IMG/VR virus record: IMGVR_UViG_3300042519_001736
Span: 1-54,586 of that record
Length of the DNA stretch: 54,586 bases
Direction: 5' to 3' (one strand)
Source: a virus
Taxonomy: Duplodnaviria > Caudoviricetes
Notes under the pieces: generated by a model
What the model saw: only the letters and a program-made list of their open reading frames with translations
Databases searched by the model: none
Told to the model about the DNA's origin: nothing
Position numbers and translations under genes: made by a program
Part shown: in pieces, positions 1-10,431 of the stretch
Position numbering within the stretch: position 1 is the stretch's first letter
Layout: every line of letters begins with the position of its first letter

Positions 1-451
1 CAGGCACGCCTTGCTCGCTCACGATCATCACGTAGTAATTGGCCGTGTTCTCGATGTAGTTGCCGTTGTCCAGGTAGTCCTTGTTGTCGCCTGGCTCTTT
101 GTGAGTCTGGGACAGGATGTCGCTGGTTGCGGGATAAATGTGCACGGGTGCACCGCTGCCTTGGCCACGGGGCATCCACTCGATGTACTGACGCACATAG
201 GCGCAAGGTACGACAGCGATGCCGTGCTTGCCGTCAAACAACTCTCCTGTCACGCTGTTGAGCATCATGCCCGGCAGCGCGCCGTCCATCTCACCCACCT
301 CAGGGCTGGTGCTGGTCAACAGACGCAAAAAGGGCAGTGCATAGTCCTCTTGTGTCATGCCGTCAAAGCCAGCGCCTGCATCTTGCTCCAGGTCGCTCAT
401 AATTGCCAATGCAGTGTTGGTCTCTTGTGCTGCGATTTCGTTTTTAGCCAT
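1..451 (-). CDS. Phage ssDNA-binding-like replication protein, C-terminus runs off the window
   Basis: Not in the ORF track. Read by hand from ATG at 451: MAKNEIAAQETNTALAIMSDLEQDAGAGFDGMTQEDYALPFLRLL..., open to base 1. Resembles conserved phage replication-module proteins. Confidence 0.55.
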   Translation of the reverse strand, partial: MAKNEIAAQETNTALAIMSDLEQDAGAGFDGMTQEDYALPFLRLLTSTSPEVGEMDGALPGMMLNSVTGELFDGKHGIAVVPCAYVRQYIEWMPRGQGSGAPVHIYPATSDILSQTHKEPGDNKDYLDNGNYIENTANYYVMIVSEQGVP

Positions 452-468
452 GATCCTTGATCCTTGTT

Positions 469-1023
469 TCAGTTTGATTTGATGATTGCTTTTTGGCCAA
501 TAAATACGCCAAAAAGTTCTGTGTCGACGGGCTGACCCTTCTCGACACGTTCCTTCACCCAGGCCTTGAGGGTCTGGGGTTCTATCTTCTGTGCTTGCTC
601 GGCAGGGTAGCCTTGCTCGCCCAGGAGATTCAGTAGACGAGCAGAGAGCTCGTCTTCACCGCGTCCAAAGCGGACGCTGATGGTGTTCTTGATGATGTCG
701 TCAGACTGGTGGTCGCGCAGCCACTGGTACGCCTCTGCCTGACGTGCTTTGGAGATGCTTGCACCGTAGTACGGCTTAACGTCAATGGACGAGCCGTCTT
801 CCATGACAAACTTTTTCATACCCGTCTCGGCCATGGCCTCGGGGATAGTTTGCTCGGTGAGCTTGCGATACTGCTCGGAGCGTTCCTTGAGAACTTCCTC
901 CATGTCGCTGATCTCTTTCTCCAGCATCTTGGCCCGCTTGGCGAGACCTGCAATGCCAGTGACCTGATCGTCAGATACCTTCAAGGCACCTGCATCATCT
1001 TCAAATAAAGTCGTAAGACTCAT
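469..1023 (-). CDS. Conserved phage replication-module protein with N-terminal coiled coil
   Basis: Likely start MSLTTLFEDD at 1023 after AAGGAG. C-terminal HPQTLKA-like motif (EPQTLKAWVKE). Confidence 0.6.
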   Translation of the reverse strand: MSLTTLFEDDAGALKVSDDQVTGIAGLAKRAKMLEKEISDMEEVLKERSEQYRKLTEQTIPEAMAETGMKKFVMEDGSSIDVKPYYGASISKARQAEAYQWLRDHQSDDIIKNTISVRFGRGEDELSARLLNLLGEQGYPAEQAQKIEPQTLKAWVKERVEKGQPVDTELFGVFIGQKAIIKSN

Positions 1024-1345
1024 CGCTTTCTCCTTTCTTAAACAAATCAACCTCCAGCGGAATGTAGCGTCTTTCACGCTTGTCCCACTTGAGGCACTTA
1101 AAGCGGCCATTATTTTTTGAGGCAGCTACTGCACAGGCGATACCTATGGCAGACGGGTCACCAATGAGGAGCAAGTAGTCCTCATCGGAAAATTTCTCCA
1201 GCTTGCGCTGGATGCGGCGGACTGTTGGCACAACGGAGAAAGCTATCTGCGCATTGGGCGGCAGAATAGTTTCGATCTGGCCATAGTCCAGAGCGCTTGC
1301 AATGTTGTGTTGCGTGGTCTCTGAGACGACGTAAACTTTTGGCAT
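1001..1345 (-). CDS. Conserved hypothetical phage protein
   Basis: 114 aa, DYLLLIGDP motif, preceded by a promoter and an AGAAAG leader. Confidence 0.65.
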   Translation of the reverse strand: MPKVYVVSETTQHNIASALDYGQIETILPPNAQIAFSVVPTVRRIQRKLEKFSDEDYLLLIGDPSAIGIACAVAASKNNGRFKCLKWDKRERRYIPLEVDLFKKGESDESYDFI

Positions 1346-1375
1346 TTAATTTCTTCTTTCTGAATCTGAGGGGCC

Positions 1376-1405
1376 AGTGTACACTACATTTTCAGGACTA
1401 TGCAA
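1376..1405 (-). promoter_or_regulatory. Sigma70-like promoter TTGCAT-18-TACACT
   Basis: Lies in the divergent intergenic gap. Same 18-bp spacing as the other promoters in the window. Confidence 0.5.
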
Positions 1406-1428
1406 GCCCTGCCAGAAAGTTAGACATC

Positions 1429-2880
1429 ATGAATCAATTTTTATCGACCTACCCCTTCAAAAACAAGCCGTTTGTCCATCAACAGGCTTATCTCGAGCGC
1501 TTCTGGGAATACCCTGTGGCAGCCCTCTTTGCCGACATGGGCACCGGCAAGAGCTTCATGCTGATCAACAACGTGGCCATGCTCTATGACAAGGGCAAGA
1601 TCAACGGGTTTTTGATTGTGGCCCCCAAGGGCGTTTACCGCAACTGGTTCAACACCGAAATTCCTAAGCACTTACCCGACCACGTTGTCTACCGTATGGC
1701 GATCTGGAATCCGTCGCCGCGCAAGGCCGAGCAGCAGGCCATGGACGAGCTGTTCACCGTCACCGAGGACCTCAAAATCCTGGTGATGAACGTCGAGGCC
1801 TTCAGCACCGCCAAGGGCACGGCCTACGCCAAGCGCTTTTTGCTGGTGCACAACGCCATGATGGCGATCGACGAGAGCACCACCATCAAAACGCACAGCT
1901 CCGCTCGCAGCAAGAACACTGAGAAGGTGGGCCGTGGCGCGCGATACAGGCGCATCCTCACGGGCTCCCCGGTCACCAAGAGCCCGATGGACCTGTACCA
2001 GCAGTGCGCATTCCTGTCTGACGGCTGCCTGAACGTGAGCAGTTTTTATGTGTTCCAGGCCCGCTACTGCGTGACGGTGGAGCGCCAGCTCAACACCCAC
2101 AGTTTCAAGCAAATCGTGGGCTACCGCCGCCTGGACGAGCTCAAAGAAAAACTCGATCGCTTTGCGTTTCGCGTCAAGAAGGAAGAGTGCCTGGACCTGC
2201 CCGACAAGCTTTACGTCAAGCGCGAAGTGGACCTGACGCCTGAGCAGATCAAGGCGTACAACGAGATGAAGGCCTATGCCATGGCCCAGATCGACGGCGG
2301 CCTGGTGAGCACGGTCAACGCCCTCACCCAGCTCATGCGGCTGCACCAGATCGTGTGCGGTCACGCCAAGCTGGACGACGGTACGGTGATTGAGCTGCCC
2401 AACAAGCGGATGGACGAGTTGCTGGCTGTTGTCGAGGAGACGGACGGCAAGATCATCATCTGGGCCAACTACCGCCACGACATCGAGGCCATCAAGCTGG
2501 CCCTGGCCAAAGAGTACGGCATGAACAGCGTGGCCACCTACTACGGGGACACGGTGTCTGAAGAGCGCCAGCGCATCGTTGATGACTTCCAGGATATGAA
2601 CAGCGAGCTGCGGTTCTTCGTTGGCAATCCGAGCACGGGCGGCTACGGTCTGACGCTTACGGCCGCGCACACGATGGTCTACTACAGCAACAGCTTTGAC
2701 CTGGAAAAGCGCCTGCAGTCCGAGGACCGTGCACACCGTATTGGCCAGACCAAGAACGTCACCTACATTGACCTGATCGCCGTGGGCACCGTGGACGAAA
2801 AGATCGTCAAAGCGCTGCGTGCAAAGATCGACATCGCAACCCAGGTGCTGGGAGAGGACTTCAAACAATGGCTCATCTAA
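1429..2880 (+). CDS. SNF2-family (SF2) DNA helicase
   Basis: Motifs ADMGTGKS, IDEST, LTGSP, QSEDRAHRIGQ. Likely start MNQFLST at 1429. Confidence 0.92.
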   Translation: MNQFLSTYPFKNKPFVHQQAYLERFWEYPVAALFADMGTGKSFMLINNVAMLYDKGKINGFLIVAPKGVYRNWFNTEIPKHLPDHVVYRMAIWNPSPRKAEQQAMDELFTVTEDLKILVMNVEAFSTAKGTAYAKRFLLVHNAMMAIDESTTIKTHSSARSKNTEKVGRGARYRRILTGSPVTKSPMDLYQQCAFLSDGCLNVSSFYVFQARYCVTVERQLNTHSFKQIVGYRRLDELKEKLDRFAFRVKKEECLDLPDKLYVKREVDLTPEQIKAYNEMKAYAMAQIDGGLVSTVNALTQLMRLHQIVCGHAKLDDGTVIELPNKRMDELLAVVEETDGKIIIWANYRHDIEAIKLALAKEYGMNSVATYYGDTVSEERQRIVDDFQDMNSELRFFVGNPSTGGYGLTLTAAHTMVYYSNSFDLEKRLQSEDRAHRIGQTKNVTYIDLIAVGTVDEKIVKALRAKIDIATQVLGEDFKQWLI

Positions 2881-3572
2881 TCCCCTGGTCCACGCGCTTT
2901 GACTACAAAAAACTTGAGCGGATTGACGCGCCCACGGGCCGCATGTATGTCTTGGCGGACGGCAGTCGTGTCCCGTCGGTGACAACCATCTTGGACCGCA
3001 CCAAAGACAAGGCTGCGCTCAAGGATTGGGCGGACAGGGTTGGCCAAGCCGAGGCCGATCGGCAGAAGGATCAGGCGTCTTACATCGGCACCTGGATGCA
3101 CACCACACTTGAGTGCATCATCAACGGTCACCTTATGCAGTTTGGCCCGGATTGGCTGGCCATGAAGGGGCACCTGATGGCGTTTACCCTGGCCAACCGG
3201 TACTTCGGTGCGATCTCTGAGATTCACGGCTCGGAGGTGTCACTGCACTACGGCCAGCAGTACGCCGGCTCGACCGATTTGGTGGCCACGTACCGTGGCA
3301 AGCTGGCCATCGTGGACTTCAAGCAGTCGGTCAAGCCCAAGCGCCACGAGCACATCACCGATTACTTCCACCAGCTTGCTGCGTACGCCACCGCACACGA
3401 CTGGATGCACGGCACCGACATTGACTTCGGTGCGGTGCTGATCGCAGTGCAGGATGGCACAACGCAGGAGTTCACCACCACGGGTCGAGAGTGGCGAAAC
3501 TTCAAGACCCAGTGGATGGCAAGGCTTACCTTGGCGCAGGAGGCTGTTGCTGCTGAGAGGCAAGGCCACTGA
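2868..3572 (+). CDS. PD-(D/E)XK exonuclease (phage exonuclease / MGME1-like)
   Basis: SVTTIL, GTWMH, YAGSTDL, IVDFKQS, QLAAY motifs. Confidence 0.88.
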   Translation: MAHLIPWSTRFDYKKLERIDAPTGRMYVLADGSRVPSVTTILDRTKDKAALKDWADRVGQAEADRQKDQASYIGTWMHTTLECIINGHLMQFGPDWLAMKGHLMAFTLANRYFGAISEIHGSEVSLHYGQQYAGSTDLVATYRGKLAIVDFKQSVKPKRHEHITDYFHQLAAYATAHDWMHGTDIDFGAVLIAVQDGTTQEFTTTGREWRNFKTQWMARLTLAQEAVAAERQGH

Positions 3573-6500
3573 CGCTGTCAAACGGGAACAGTGACTGCAT
3601 CATGGACCGCGCGTTGGGGCTGGCAGGGGCTGCGCCTGCAGCCCCACCTGTCGCACCGGCCGGGCTAGGGGGCTTAGGTGTGAGGTTGAGGCCCGTGCCC
3701 CGAGTGCTTGGGGCAGGGGCCATTTGACGCAACTGCTGCGCTGCCTGGCCTTGGCTGGCTGGCGCTGGGGCAGGGGAAGGCGCTGGCTCTTCGTAGGTAG
3801 CGTAGTTCAGGCCGGAGGCCAGCAGGTAGCCATGCAGCTGCCGCGCAATCTGAAGCTTGTCTGACTCTGTCCGCCCTTTTTTAAGCAGTAGAGACATGAA
3901 CTCAGGGTCCTGCGCCGCCCTCTCCAGGATAGACACGGTGCTCATGCTGGGCATCTTGTCAAAGATGGAGCGCACGGCCTTGGAGCCTGCGGAAGCCGCG
4001 ATCAGGGAGCCTGGGCCACTAGGAGCTGCGGCAGTACCGATGCGCGCACCAATGACACGCTGCACCAGCTCCTCGACCGCGTCGCTGCCTGGAACGATTT
4101 CGTCCAGCGTGCGACCGCTGGCCATGGACTTTTCAATCCGGATCATTGGATCAGTCAAGCGCTTGAGGCCCTTCATCTCGCTCAAAGTCATCACGCCGTT
4201 GGCACGCATGACGTTGGCAACCGAAGGCAGGTTTGGGCCCAGCGGCTTGAAGAACGCGTCTTCAAAGGCCTGCGGGCTGAGGTTGCCATTAGCGTTTGTG
4301 GCCTTGGTGTACGCGTAATCGTACAGGGACGACTTCAGTCCTCGGATGGCAGCCTCACTCTGGTCCGATTCCTTGACCATCTTAACCAGGTTCTGCATGT
4401 CCCGAACCGGTGTATTACCGTTGAGGATAGTGCCCAATGCAAGGCTGGGACGCTCCGAACCTGCTTTGATGACATTGGCAAAGGCATACTGATCAGCGGC
4501 CCGCTTCATGAGCGCGCTGTTTTCGTTCTGGACCATGCGAAAAGCGTTTTCGGCCTTGACCGTGTCTTTCAAGTCAGCCGTCATCCCCAGCTTGTCCAGC
4601 ATGGGCTTGTTTTCAGCAATGAATTTGTTCAGCCTTGAGGTGACGACACGCGTAACGTCACGTCCGGTCTCCGGATCAAACCGGGTCTCGAGGGCCGCCG
4701 ACGCGCCCATGCGGAGGACGCGCTGCTGTGCATCCGCCAGGGATGCCGCTCCTGCGCGTGAGACGTCAGCTGCGGGCTTGAGCGCGGCAGCTTGTGGGCT
4801 GTCTGCGCCAAAAGTGCGCACTGCGTCGTCGTAGCGCTTGGACATGAACTTCACCGCGCCTTCAACCTCGTTCATGCGCATGGCAGTCACGTCGGCATTG
4901 GCTCCGAAGGCACGGCTCACCAGGATTTCGGCAGGCAGGCGCTCGGCACCGCTTCCCGTCACACCGCCAACTGTGTTGGCAAAGGAACGGGTAAAGACGT
5001 CGTTCAATGATTTGGAGAACTGGCGCGCCTCATCAAACTGAGGGTTTTTAAGTGAGCTCAAGTCCTGCAACATGCCCTCGGCCATCGTGCCGTAGAAGTT
5101 GGCGTTGTTGACGTCGCCCTTCCCGGCAGCTTCGCGAGACATTTTGAGCAGCGTAGATCGGTAGTTCACCAGCTCGTCAACACTTATGGGCTTAGTCTGC
5201 GGCAAGAAGCGCTGTGGAATCTGGCCCGTCTCCATGTACTCCTGCGTCCGTCGACCGGCACTAAATCTCTTTACGGAGTCCTGGTCAACCCCCATAGCAT
5301 CCATGATGTCACGGACAGGCTTTGGGATAGCGGTGTCGTACAGGGCTTGGCCCACGCTGGATGCCCGCTCGGCAAAACTGTTGGCGGTGTTGGTGGGGGC
5401 TATCGAAGGCGCAACGTATTCCTGTCGGGGGATGTACCGAACGATCTCTTTCCCTGTTCGAGGGTCCTCCCCTATTACCACCCTTTCCTTGGTTGTTTTG
5501 AGACTGGGCTTAGTCAAGGAATCTAAGGCACCTTTCCAGAGGCCGCTCTCGTAGTCGCGGGCATCGCGCAGCGCAAGCTCGGTTTGCTCTTTGACGGTGG
5601 CTCCGATGGCCTTTCGTGCCTCAGGGGTGTCTTTGGTGAGCTTGGAAATCTTCAGCGCCGCAATGCGATCAGCGTCTTGCAAACGCCCGTCGAGCATGGA
5701 ATTGAACCGGGCCTCCTGCAGCTGTGCGGCCAAGAACAAGGAGTCCTGAGTACCGATGTCCTTCAATCTGTCCGTCAACATTTGGTAGGCCTGGGAAGCT
5801 TGCCGCCCCTGCTCCCGAGCCCTGCCCAAAAAGTCTTTATTGGTGTTGCCCAGAGCGGACTCCAGCGCGGTCAGCCCTAGGCTATCCGTCTTCTGTGCAG
5901 CAGTGGGCGTGATGCGTTTCCCGCCTGGCACGGACAGCTGGTCGATCGGCATGTCAGCCTCAAGGCGACGGATCAGAGTGGGGATGTCCTCGCCAAACTC
6001 TTCCAGGATCGTGTACAGGCGGTTCGCGGCCCGCGCTTCTCGTGAGCTTGCACTGAAGTTGGTAGCGATCTTTGACAGGCCGTCCATCACGGTCCCCGTC
6101 TGGTTGATCAGGAAGCGGCCGGGGAAAAGGACACCGCCAACGACCTCCCCTGCCATGCGTGTGCCGGGTGCTCCGGGGTCCTCGCTCTCCGCTATTCCGG
6201 CCCCGAGACTTGCACCAAGGGCACCCATGACCTCACTGGTCTTGAACGTCTTGGGATTGCGAACAGCGGCATCGCGAATATCCGTGACAAAACGCCCCAC
6301 GCGGCTGCCTGTCATCGTGGGCAAATAGGGAACGGCTGCCATGAATGGGAGGCTACTGCCACCGGTCTTGCCTGCCTCTCGGTATACCTTTGAAGTGGGG
6401 TCGGTTGGCTCTGGGAAAAAGTCCTTGTAGGCGTCTTCCGCACTCTTGCCTGCGAAGTAGCCGCCGACACCGCCCGCGATCATGCCGCCCACGGCCGCAG

Positions 6501-6738
6501 GACCGCCGAAGGGCAACCCCAATCTCAAGCCGCTGACAGCTCCAGCCACCGTAGGAGAGTCGCTGACAAGTCCTTGGCCCACGCCTTGAACGTACTGGCT
6601 CGCCCGATCCAAAAAACTAGGCTGAGCGGGCTCAAGGCCTTCCGGTACCTGGTCGGCTGCGGAAGTGGTATCAAGCATCCGCATAGCTGGACGCGTAACA
6701 GGCTCTAGCCCCTCAGGAATCTGATCTTTATCGGACAT
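3526..6738 (-). CDS. Large internal virion / DNA ejection protein
   Basis: 1070 aa, alpha-helical with Gly/Ala hydrophobic segments. Last gene of the podovirus morphogenesis block. Confidence 0.65.
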   Translation of the reverse strand: MSDKDQIPEGLEPVTRPAMRMLDTTSAADQVPEGLEPAQPSFLDRASQYVQGVGQGLVSDSPTVAGAVSGLRLGLPFGGPAAVGGMIAGGVGGYFAGKSAEDAYKDFFPEPTDPTSKVYREAGKTGGSSLPFMAAVPYLPTMTGSRVGRFVTDIRDAAVRNPKTFKTSEVMGALGASLGAGIAESEDPGAPGTRMAGEVVGGVLFPGRFLINQTGTVMDGLSKIATNFSASSREARAANRLYTILEEFGEDIPTLIRRLEADMPIDQLSVPGGKRITPTAAQKTDSLGLTALESALGNTNKDFLGRAREQGRQASQAYQMLTDRLKDIGTQDSLFLAAQLQEARFNSMLDGRLQDADRIAALKISKLTKDTPEARKAIGATVKEQTELALRDARDYESGLWKGALDSLTKPSLKTTKERVVIGEDPRTGKEIVRYIPRQEYVAPSIAPTNTANSFAERASSVGQALYDTAIPKPVRDIMDAMGVDQDSVKRFSAGRRTQEYMETGQIPQRFLPQTKPISVDELVNYRSTLLKMSREAAGKGDVNNANFYGTMAEGMLQDLSSLKNPQFDEARQFSKSLNDVFTRSFANTVGGVTGSGAERLPAEILVSRAFGANADVTAMRMNEVEGAVKFMSKRYDDAVRTFGADSPQAAALKPAADVSRAGAASLADAQQRVLRMGASAALETRFDPETGRDVTRVVTSRLNKFIAENKPMLDKLGMTADLKDTVKAENAFRMVQNENSALMKRAADQYAFANVIKAGSERPSLALGTILNGNTPVRDMQNLVKMVKESDQSEAAIRGLKSSLYDYAYTKATNANGNLSPQAFEDAFFKPLGPNLPSVANVMRANGVMTLSEMKGLKRLTDPMIRIEKSMASGRTLDEIVPGSDAVEELVQRVIGARIGTAAAPSGPGSLIAASAGSKAVRSIFDKMPSMSTVSILERAAQDPEFMSLLLKKGRTESDKLQIARQLHGYLLASGLNYATYEEPAPSPAPAPASQGQAAQQLRQMAPAPSTRGTGLNLTPKPPSPAGATGGAAGAAPASPNARSMMQSLFPFDSVSGLASQQQQPPAPR

Positions 6739-6747
6739 GAAATCCCC

Positions 6748-8754
6748 TTAATTGTTTCCTCGTGGTCGGTCAGCAACTCGATAGAGTTGCTTGCCCTGCC
6801 ACAGAACCTCTGTACCAGGAGGGTACAGTCGAATCTCTTCTTGGCTCATCACAACTGGAGGAAGGCCAAGGTTGTCGTATTGCTGGGCGAGAGCCGAGGC
6901 GCGCTGTCGTGCCTTGCCCTTATCAGCAGGTGTCAGGCCAGAGCTCGCAGACCCTTGCTTCTCGTTTTCTGAGATCATGCTACGAAGCGTTGAACCCAGT
7001 GCGATAAGCTTCGTGCCGTATGCGTCGGGGTCCAGCGTAGCGCTTGGAATAATCCCAATCACACCCTTCAACTGCTCCTGTTCCTTTTGGCTGCCTGCCG
7101 TGCTCTTAAGCAAGGACTCCACAACGCGCTCTGCCTGTTGCTTGGCTTGTTGACGTGCCAAGGAAATCTCAGCAAAGGGGTCACCAAGGCCGGGGATACC
7201 GGAGATGACGTCCTTTGCGGCGCTCACTGGCCCAGAAATCTTGTACCTGTCATTCCAAAGAGAAATCTGAGGGGCAGCCTCTGCTTCAGCAGTGCCTGCA
7301 GGAGAAGTGCCTGGCCCGCCCATTGGCAGCGGTGGCACGCTCGGGCCTGAAGAAGCGCTTGGCTGCGGGCCGCCCATCGGCAATGGTGCAACGCCTTGTC
7401 CCGAAGCGGCAGTTCCCCTTGTCAGGATTTGAGGAAGCTCTCTTCTTACTTCTCGATATCCACTGATCATGTTGGTCACGGGGTCCATGATGGGGACCAT
7501 CTTGGGCTCAAGCCACTTATCCTTCGCCAATGAGAAGATTTGTTCCTCCTGCGGTGTGGCAGTGCCGGCTTCAACCTTTGGCCCCAAGGTCACAAACGAA
7601 TTCATGATGCGTCCGTCCAAGCTGTTACCAAACGCATTGGTTGCTGCGCCACCAATCTTCTTGGCTTCAATCTTCGCTTGAGCGCGCAGCACTTCGTTGA
7701 GCAAACTGCCCTTGCGCTTTTCCAGCTCAGCATTTTGAGCTGCGACTTTGTCAACGTCTTTCTCACCTTGCTGCAATGCCAGAGTTTTGATCTGACGATC
7801 AATCTGGGTGATCTGTTCCAGTTGCCGACCCATGGCAGCGGGCAGTGTTCGGGTGGCCCCGGCCAGGCGAGAGATAAAGCTGCCGCGCAATGGTTTACCC
7901 GTCTCGTCGGTGTTTGCAGCAAAGCCAAAGGCCCGTTGTCCGAGGTCAAACAGCATCTGTGCCTGCGTTGTATTCTTGTCCACGGCCAGCATCTTGTTGA
8001 GCAGTGGTAGGCGGGACATCGTCGCTTCTTCAATGCTCGGGGCCCGAACCGGCTGCTGGTTAAGCGTGCCCATGGCCTGCCGCTGAGCAGCGGCCACCAT
8101 TTCGGGAGGAAACATCATAGCGCCGGAGTCAGAAGGGCTTTGTACAGCAGGGGTCACGCCTTCTTCATCCGACCCGTCGCTAAAATTTTGGACGTACCCG
8201 CCCTTGGCCATTGCGATCGGCGCAGAAGGGGGTGCACCCCCACCAAGGGCCGCCGTCAGTTCAGCTATGCCTCCTTGCTGTGGGGGCGGGGGCATGTCTG
8301 CGCCAGGAGGCAGTGGGGGCATGCCCGGAGGGGGCATGCCCATCTCAGCCGGCACCGGAGGCATGCCGGGGGGAGGCATGCCGGGAGCGCCGTCCATCAT
8401 TGGTGGCTGTGGCCCTTGGGCCATGGGCGCTGATTGGGGCAGCGCGCCGATACCGCCACCACCCTGCTTTGCCAGCACAGGCTGTAGCATGGCCAAGACG
8501 GTTTCTGGCGTTTCAGTGGCGGCCTGATAGCCCACCAAGTCAGCCAACTCATCCCGGCGCGCGTCAATAGAGCGCATGTCGCCGCGCAAGTTATTCATCA
8601 AGATTTCCGGCGTATCAGGACGACGCTCCAGCATTTTCTCGGAATCATCGTCCTCGTCATCGCCCTCGTCCTCTTCCGACATTGAGTCCATGAGACCCTG
8701 CATGATGCCGACGTTTTCGACATCGTCATCCATTGCCTTCATTTTTTTGTTCAT
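6748..8754 (-). CDS. Internal virion / ejection protein
   Basis: 668 aa with acidic and Pro/Met-rich tracts, MAKGG motif, coiled coil. Position among the ejection genes. Confidence 0.6.
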   Translation of the reverse strand: MNKKMKAMDDDVENVGIMQGLMDSMSEEDEGDDEDDDSEKMLERRPDTPEILMNNLRGDMRSIDARRDELADLVGYQAATETPETVLAMLQPVLAKQGGGGIGALPQSAPMAQGPQPPMMDGAPGMPPPGMPPVPAEMGMPPPGMPPLPPGADMPPPPQQGGIAELTAALGGGAPPSAPIAMAKGGYVQNFSDGSDEEGVTPAVQSPSDSGAMMFPPEMVAAAQRQAMGTLNQQPVRAPSIEEATMSRLPLLNKMLAVDKNTTQAQMLFDLGQRAFGFAANTDETGKPLRGSFISRLAGATRTLPAAMGRQLEQITQIDRQIKTLALQQGEKDVDKVAAQNAELEKRKGSLLNEVLRAQAKIEAKKIGGAATNAFGNSLDGRIMNSFVTLGPKVEAGTATPQEEQIFSLAKDKWLEPKMVPIMDPVTNMISGYREVRRELPQILTRGTAASGQGVAPLPMGGPQPSASSGPSVPPLPMGGPGTSPAGTAEAEAAPQISLWNDRYKISGPVSAAKDVISGIPGLGDPFAEISLARQQAKQQAERVVESLLKSTAGSQKEQEQLKGVIGIIPSATLDPDAYGTKLIALGSTLRSMISENEKQGSASSGLTPADKGKARQRASALAQQYDNLGLPPVVMSQEEIRLYPPGTEVLWQGKQLYRVADRPRGNN

Positions 8755-8763
8755 AGTGACCTC

Positions 8764-10431
8764 TTAAAAAAGACCCGCCTTTTTGGCACCGGCTACCGTG
8801 GAAAGGGCACCTAGGCCGATGCCTACGGCTTGCTGGAATGGACTGGCGCTGGGCGTGCTTGCAATAGTGGTCTGCATTTGCGAAGACGGTGCGCCCTTGT
8901 AGATGTCTGACAAGAACGCGGCCTGTTGATAGGGCGCGTAGACCTGCTGGAGCTGTGTGGCCCGCTGAGCATCAAGCCCTTGTTGGTTAAGCGCCTGCTG
9001 AGCCTGCCCGGTGTTGTACAAGAAGTTGATGTCGCCTTGTTGAAGGGTTTGAGCCGTCTGACCCAATGCGGCCTGCTGCACACCAAGCTGGCCCAATTGG
9101 CCCGCCATTGCGCCCAGCCCTTGCGCCTGCTGTTGGCCAATGCCAAACTGCTGCCCGGCTAGGCTGCCAATGCCCTGTCCTATTTGCTGGAACTGTTGCC
9201 CCTGTTGGCCATACAACGTGCCAGCCGTTTGGGCGGCTTGGTTGCGAGCCTGGGACTGTTGCATCAACAGGTTGGCAATGTTTTGGTTGATGGCCGCTTC
9301 TTGGCCCGCCAACGCGCCGCCCTGAGAGGCCAAGTTCCCATACTGCTGACTGGCCTGCAGAAACTGCCCGGCAGCGCCTTGACCCAGTTGAGCCTGCTGA
9401 ACACCTAGATTGCCCAGCTGACCCCCAGCCTGCACCCCCAGTTGAGCCTGCTGAGCGCCCAACTGGCCAATACCTTGGCCCGCCTGCATTTGACGCCCTT
9501 GTTGCTGCTCAAACGCATTCATGGCCTGCGCCTGCGCCTGGGTATAGCCCTGTGACAAGAGGTTGGCGATTGTGGACGACTTCTGGTCCATCAAGTTGCG
9601 CTGCATTTCGGCGCGTTGAACGCCTTCGCGCTCGCCGCCAAACGCACCAGATCGGACTGCCTGCGCTGCCAGACCCTGCCCAGCAATTGCGCCTTGGCGA
9701 TCCATTTGACGCATGGTCTCGTCAATGACCTGCTGACGGTACGGGTCCATGAAGGCCTGTGCAAAACGCGGGTCGTAGCCCTGCGCTGCACCGCTAAGTG
9801 CACCAATCCCCATGCCCAGTGTCTGTTGGCCCTGCTGCAGGCCCATGCCGATGGTGGACGTGGCGGGATTGAGGTTGGCCTGGCTGGCACCTGCAGACAT
9901 GTTCTGGGCCGTGGACAACGCGCCAAGGCCCGATTGCAGGTCCTGACGAGCGCCGCCGAACTGCCCCGTAGTGTCAGACATTGCAGTGCGCCGTGCAGCA
10001 CTGTCAAGGTAGTCCAACCCTTGGTTGATTTGACCAATGCCTGCAGTGGTGTTGGCAGCAGCTTGCCCCGCCTGCCGCATGGCCGCCTGTGCATCAAAAA
10101 ACTGGTTACGAGTGTCCGCCCCGCGCAGCACGTCAGCAGCTTCGCCCGTGGTCGTATATGCAGCCTCCACCGCCCTATTGGCATTGGTCATGTACGGGTT
10201 AAACGCTCCAATACCCTGTTGCGTAGCCGCCGCTAAAGCGGCTTGCTGAGCAGGGGAAAAGCCTGCCACTTGGTAAGCGGGAAGCTGAGAGCCGAGAGTG
10301 GGGGCAACAATGCCCGCTTTGTTTGGAAGACCAAAAGAAAGTCTCTCTGCTTCCTCCATTAAGCGCAGTTTTGCCTCCTCAATCCGAGGAGACTCCTGCA
10401 CTATCTGCGCGGTGGTGGTTACGTCTGCCAT
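8764..10431 (-). CDS. DNA transfer / pilot ejection protein (Gln/Gly-rich)
   Basis: 555 aa. FMDPYRQQVID and GAFGGER motifs, Q-rich helices, hydrophobic C-terminal GIGLGAL. Confidence 0.7.
   Translation of the reverse strand: MADVTTTAQIVQESPRIEEAKLRLMEEAERLSFGLPNKAGIVAPTLGSQLPAYQVAGFSPAQQAALAAATQQGIGAFNPYMTNANRAVEAAYTTTGEAADVLRGADTRNQFFDAQAAMRQAGQAAANTTAGIGQINQGLDYLDSAARRTAMSDTTGQFGGARQDLQSGLGALSTAQNMSAGASQANLNPATSTIGMGLQQGQQTLGMGIGALSGAAQGYDPRFAQAFMDPYRQQVIDETMRQMDRQGAIAGQGLAAQAVRSGAFGGEREGVQRAEMQRNLMDQKSSTIANLLSQGYTQAQAQAMNAFEQQQGRQMQAGQGIGQLGAQQAQLGVQAGGQLGNLGVQQAQLGQGAAGQFLQASQQYGNLASQGGALAGQEAAINQNIANLLMQQSQARNQAAQTAGTLYGQQGQQFQQIGQGIGSLAGQQFGIGQQQAQGLGAMAGQLGQLGVQQAALGQTAQTLQQGDINFLYNTGQAQQALNQQGLDAQRATQLQQVYAPYQQAAFLSDIYKGAPSSQMQTTIASTPSASPFQQAVGIGLGALSTVAGAKKAGLF

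Noticed and set aside
1672-2985. Long antisense ORFs (also 31795-32955, 23921-24886, 49516-50445 and others)
   Set aside because: They are shadows of GC-rich genes on the opposite strand, with no motifs or RBS.
2868-3572. Cas4 or a CRISPR-linked nuclease
   Set aside because: It lacks the four-Cys Fe-S motif. The context indicates an ordinary phage exonuclease.
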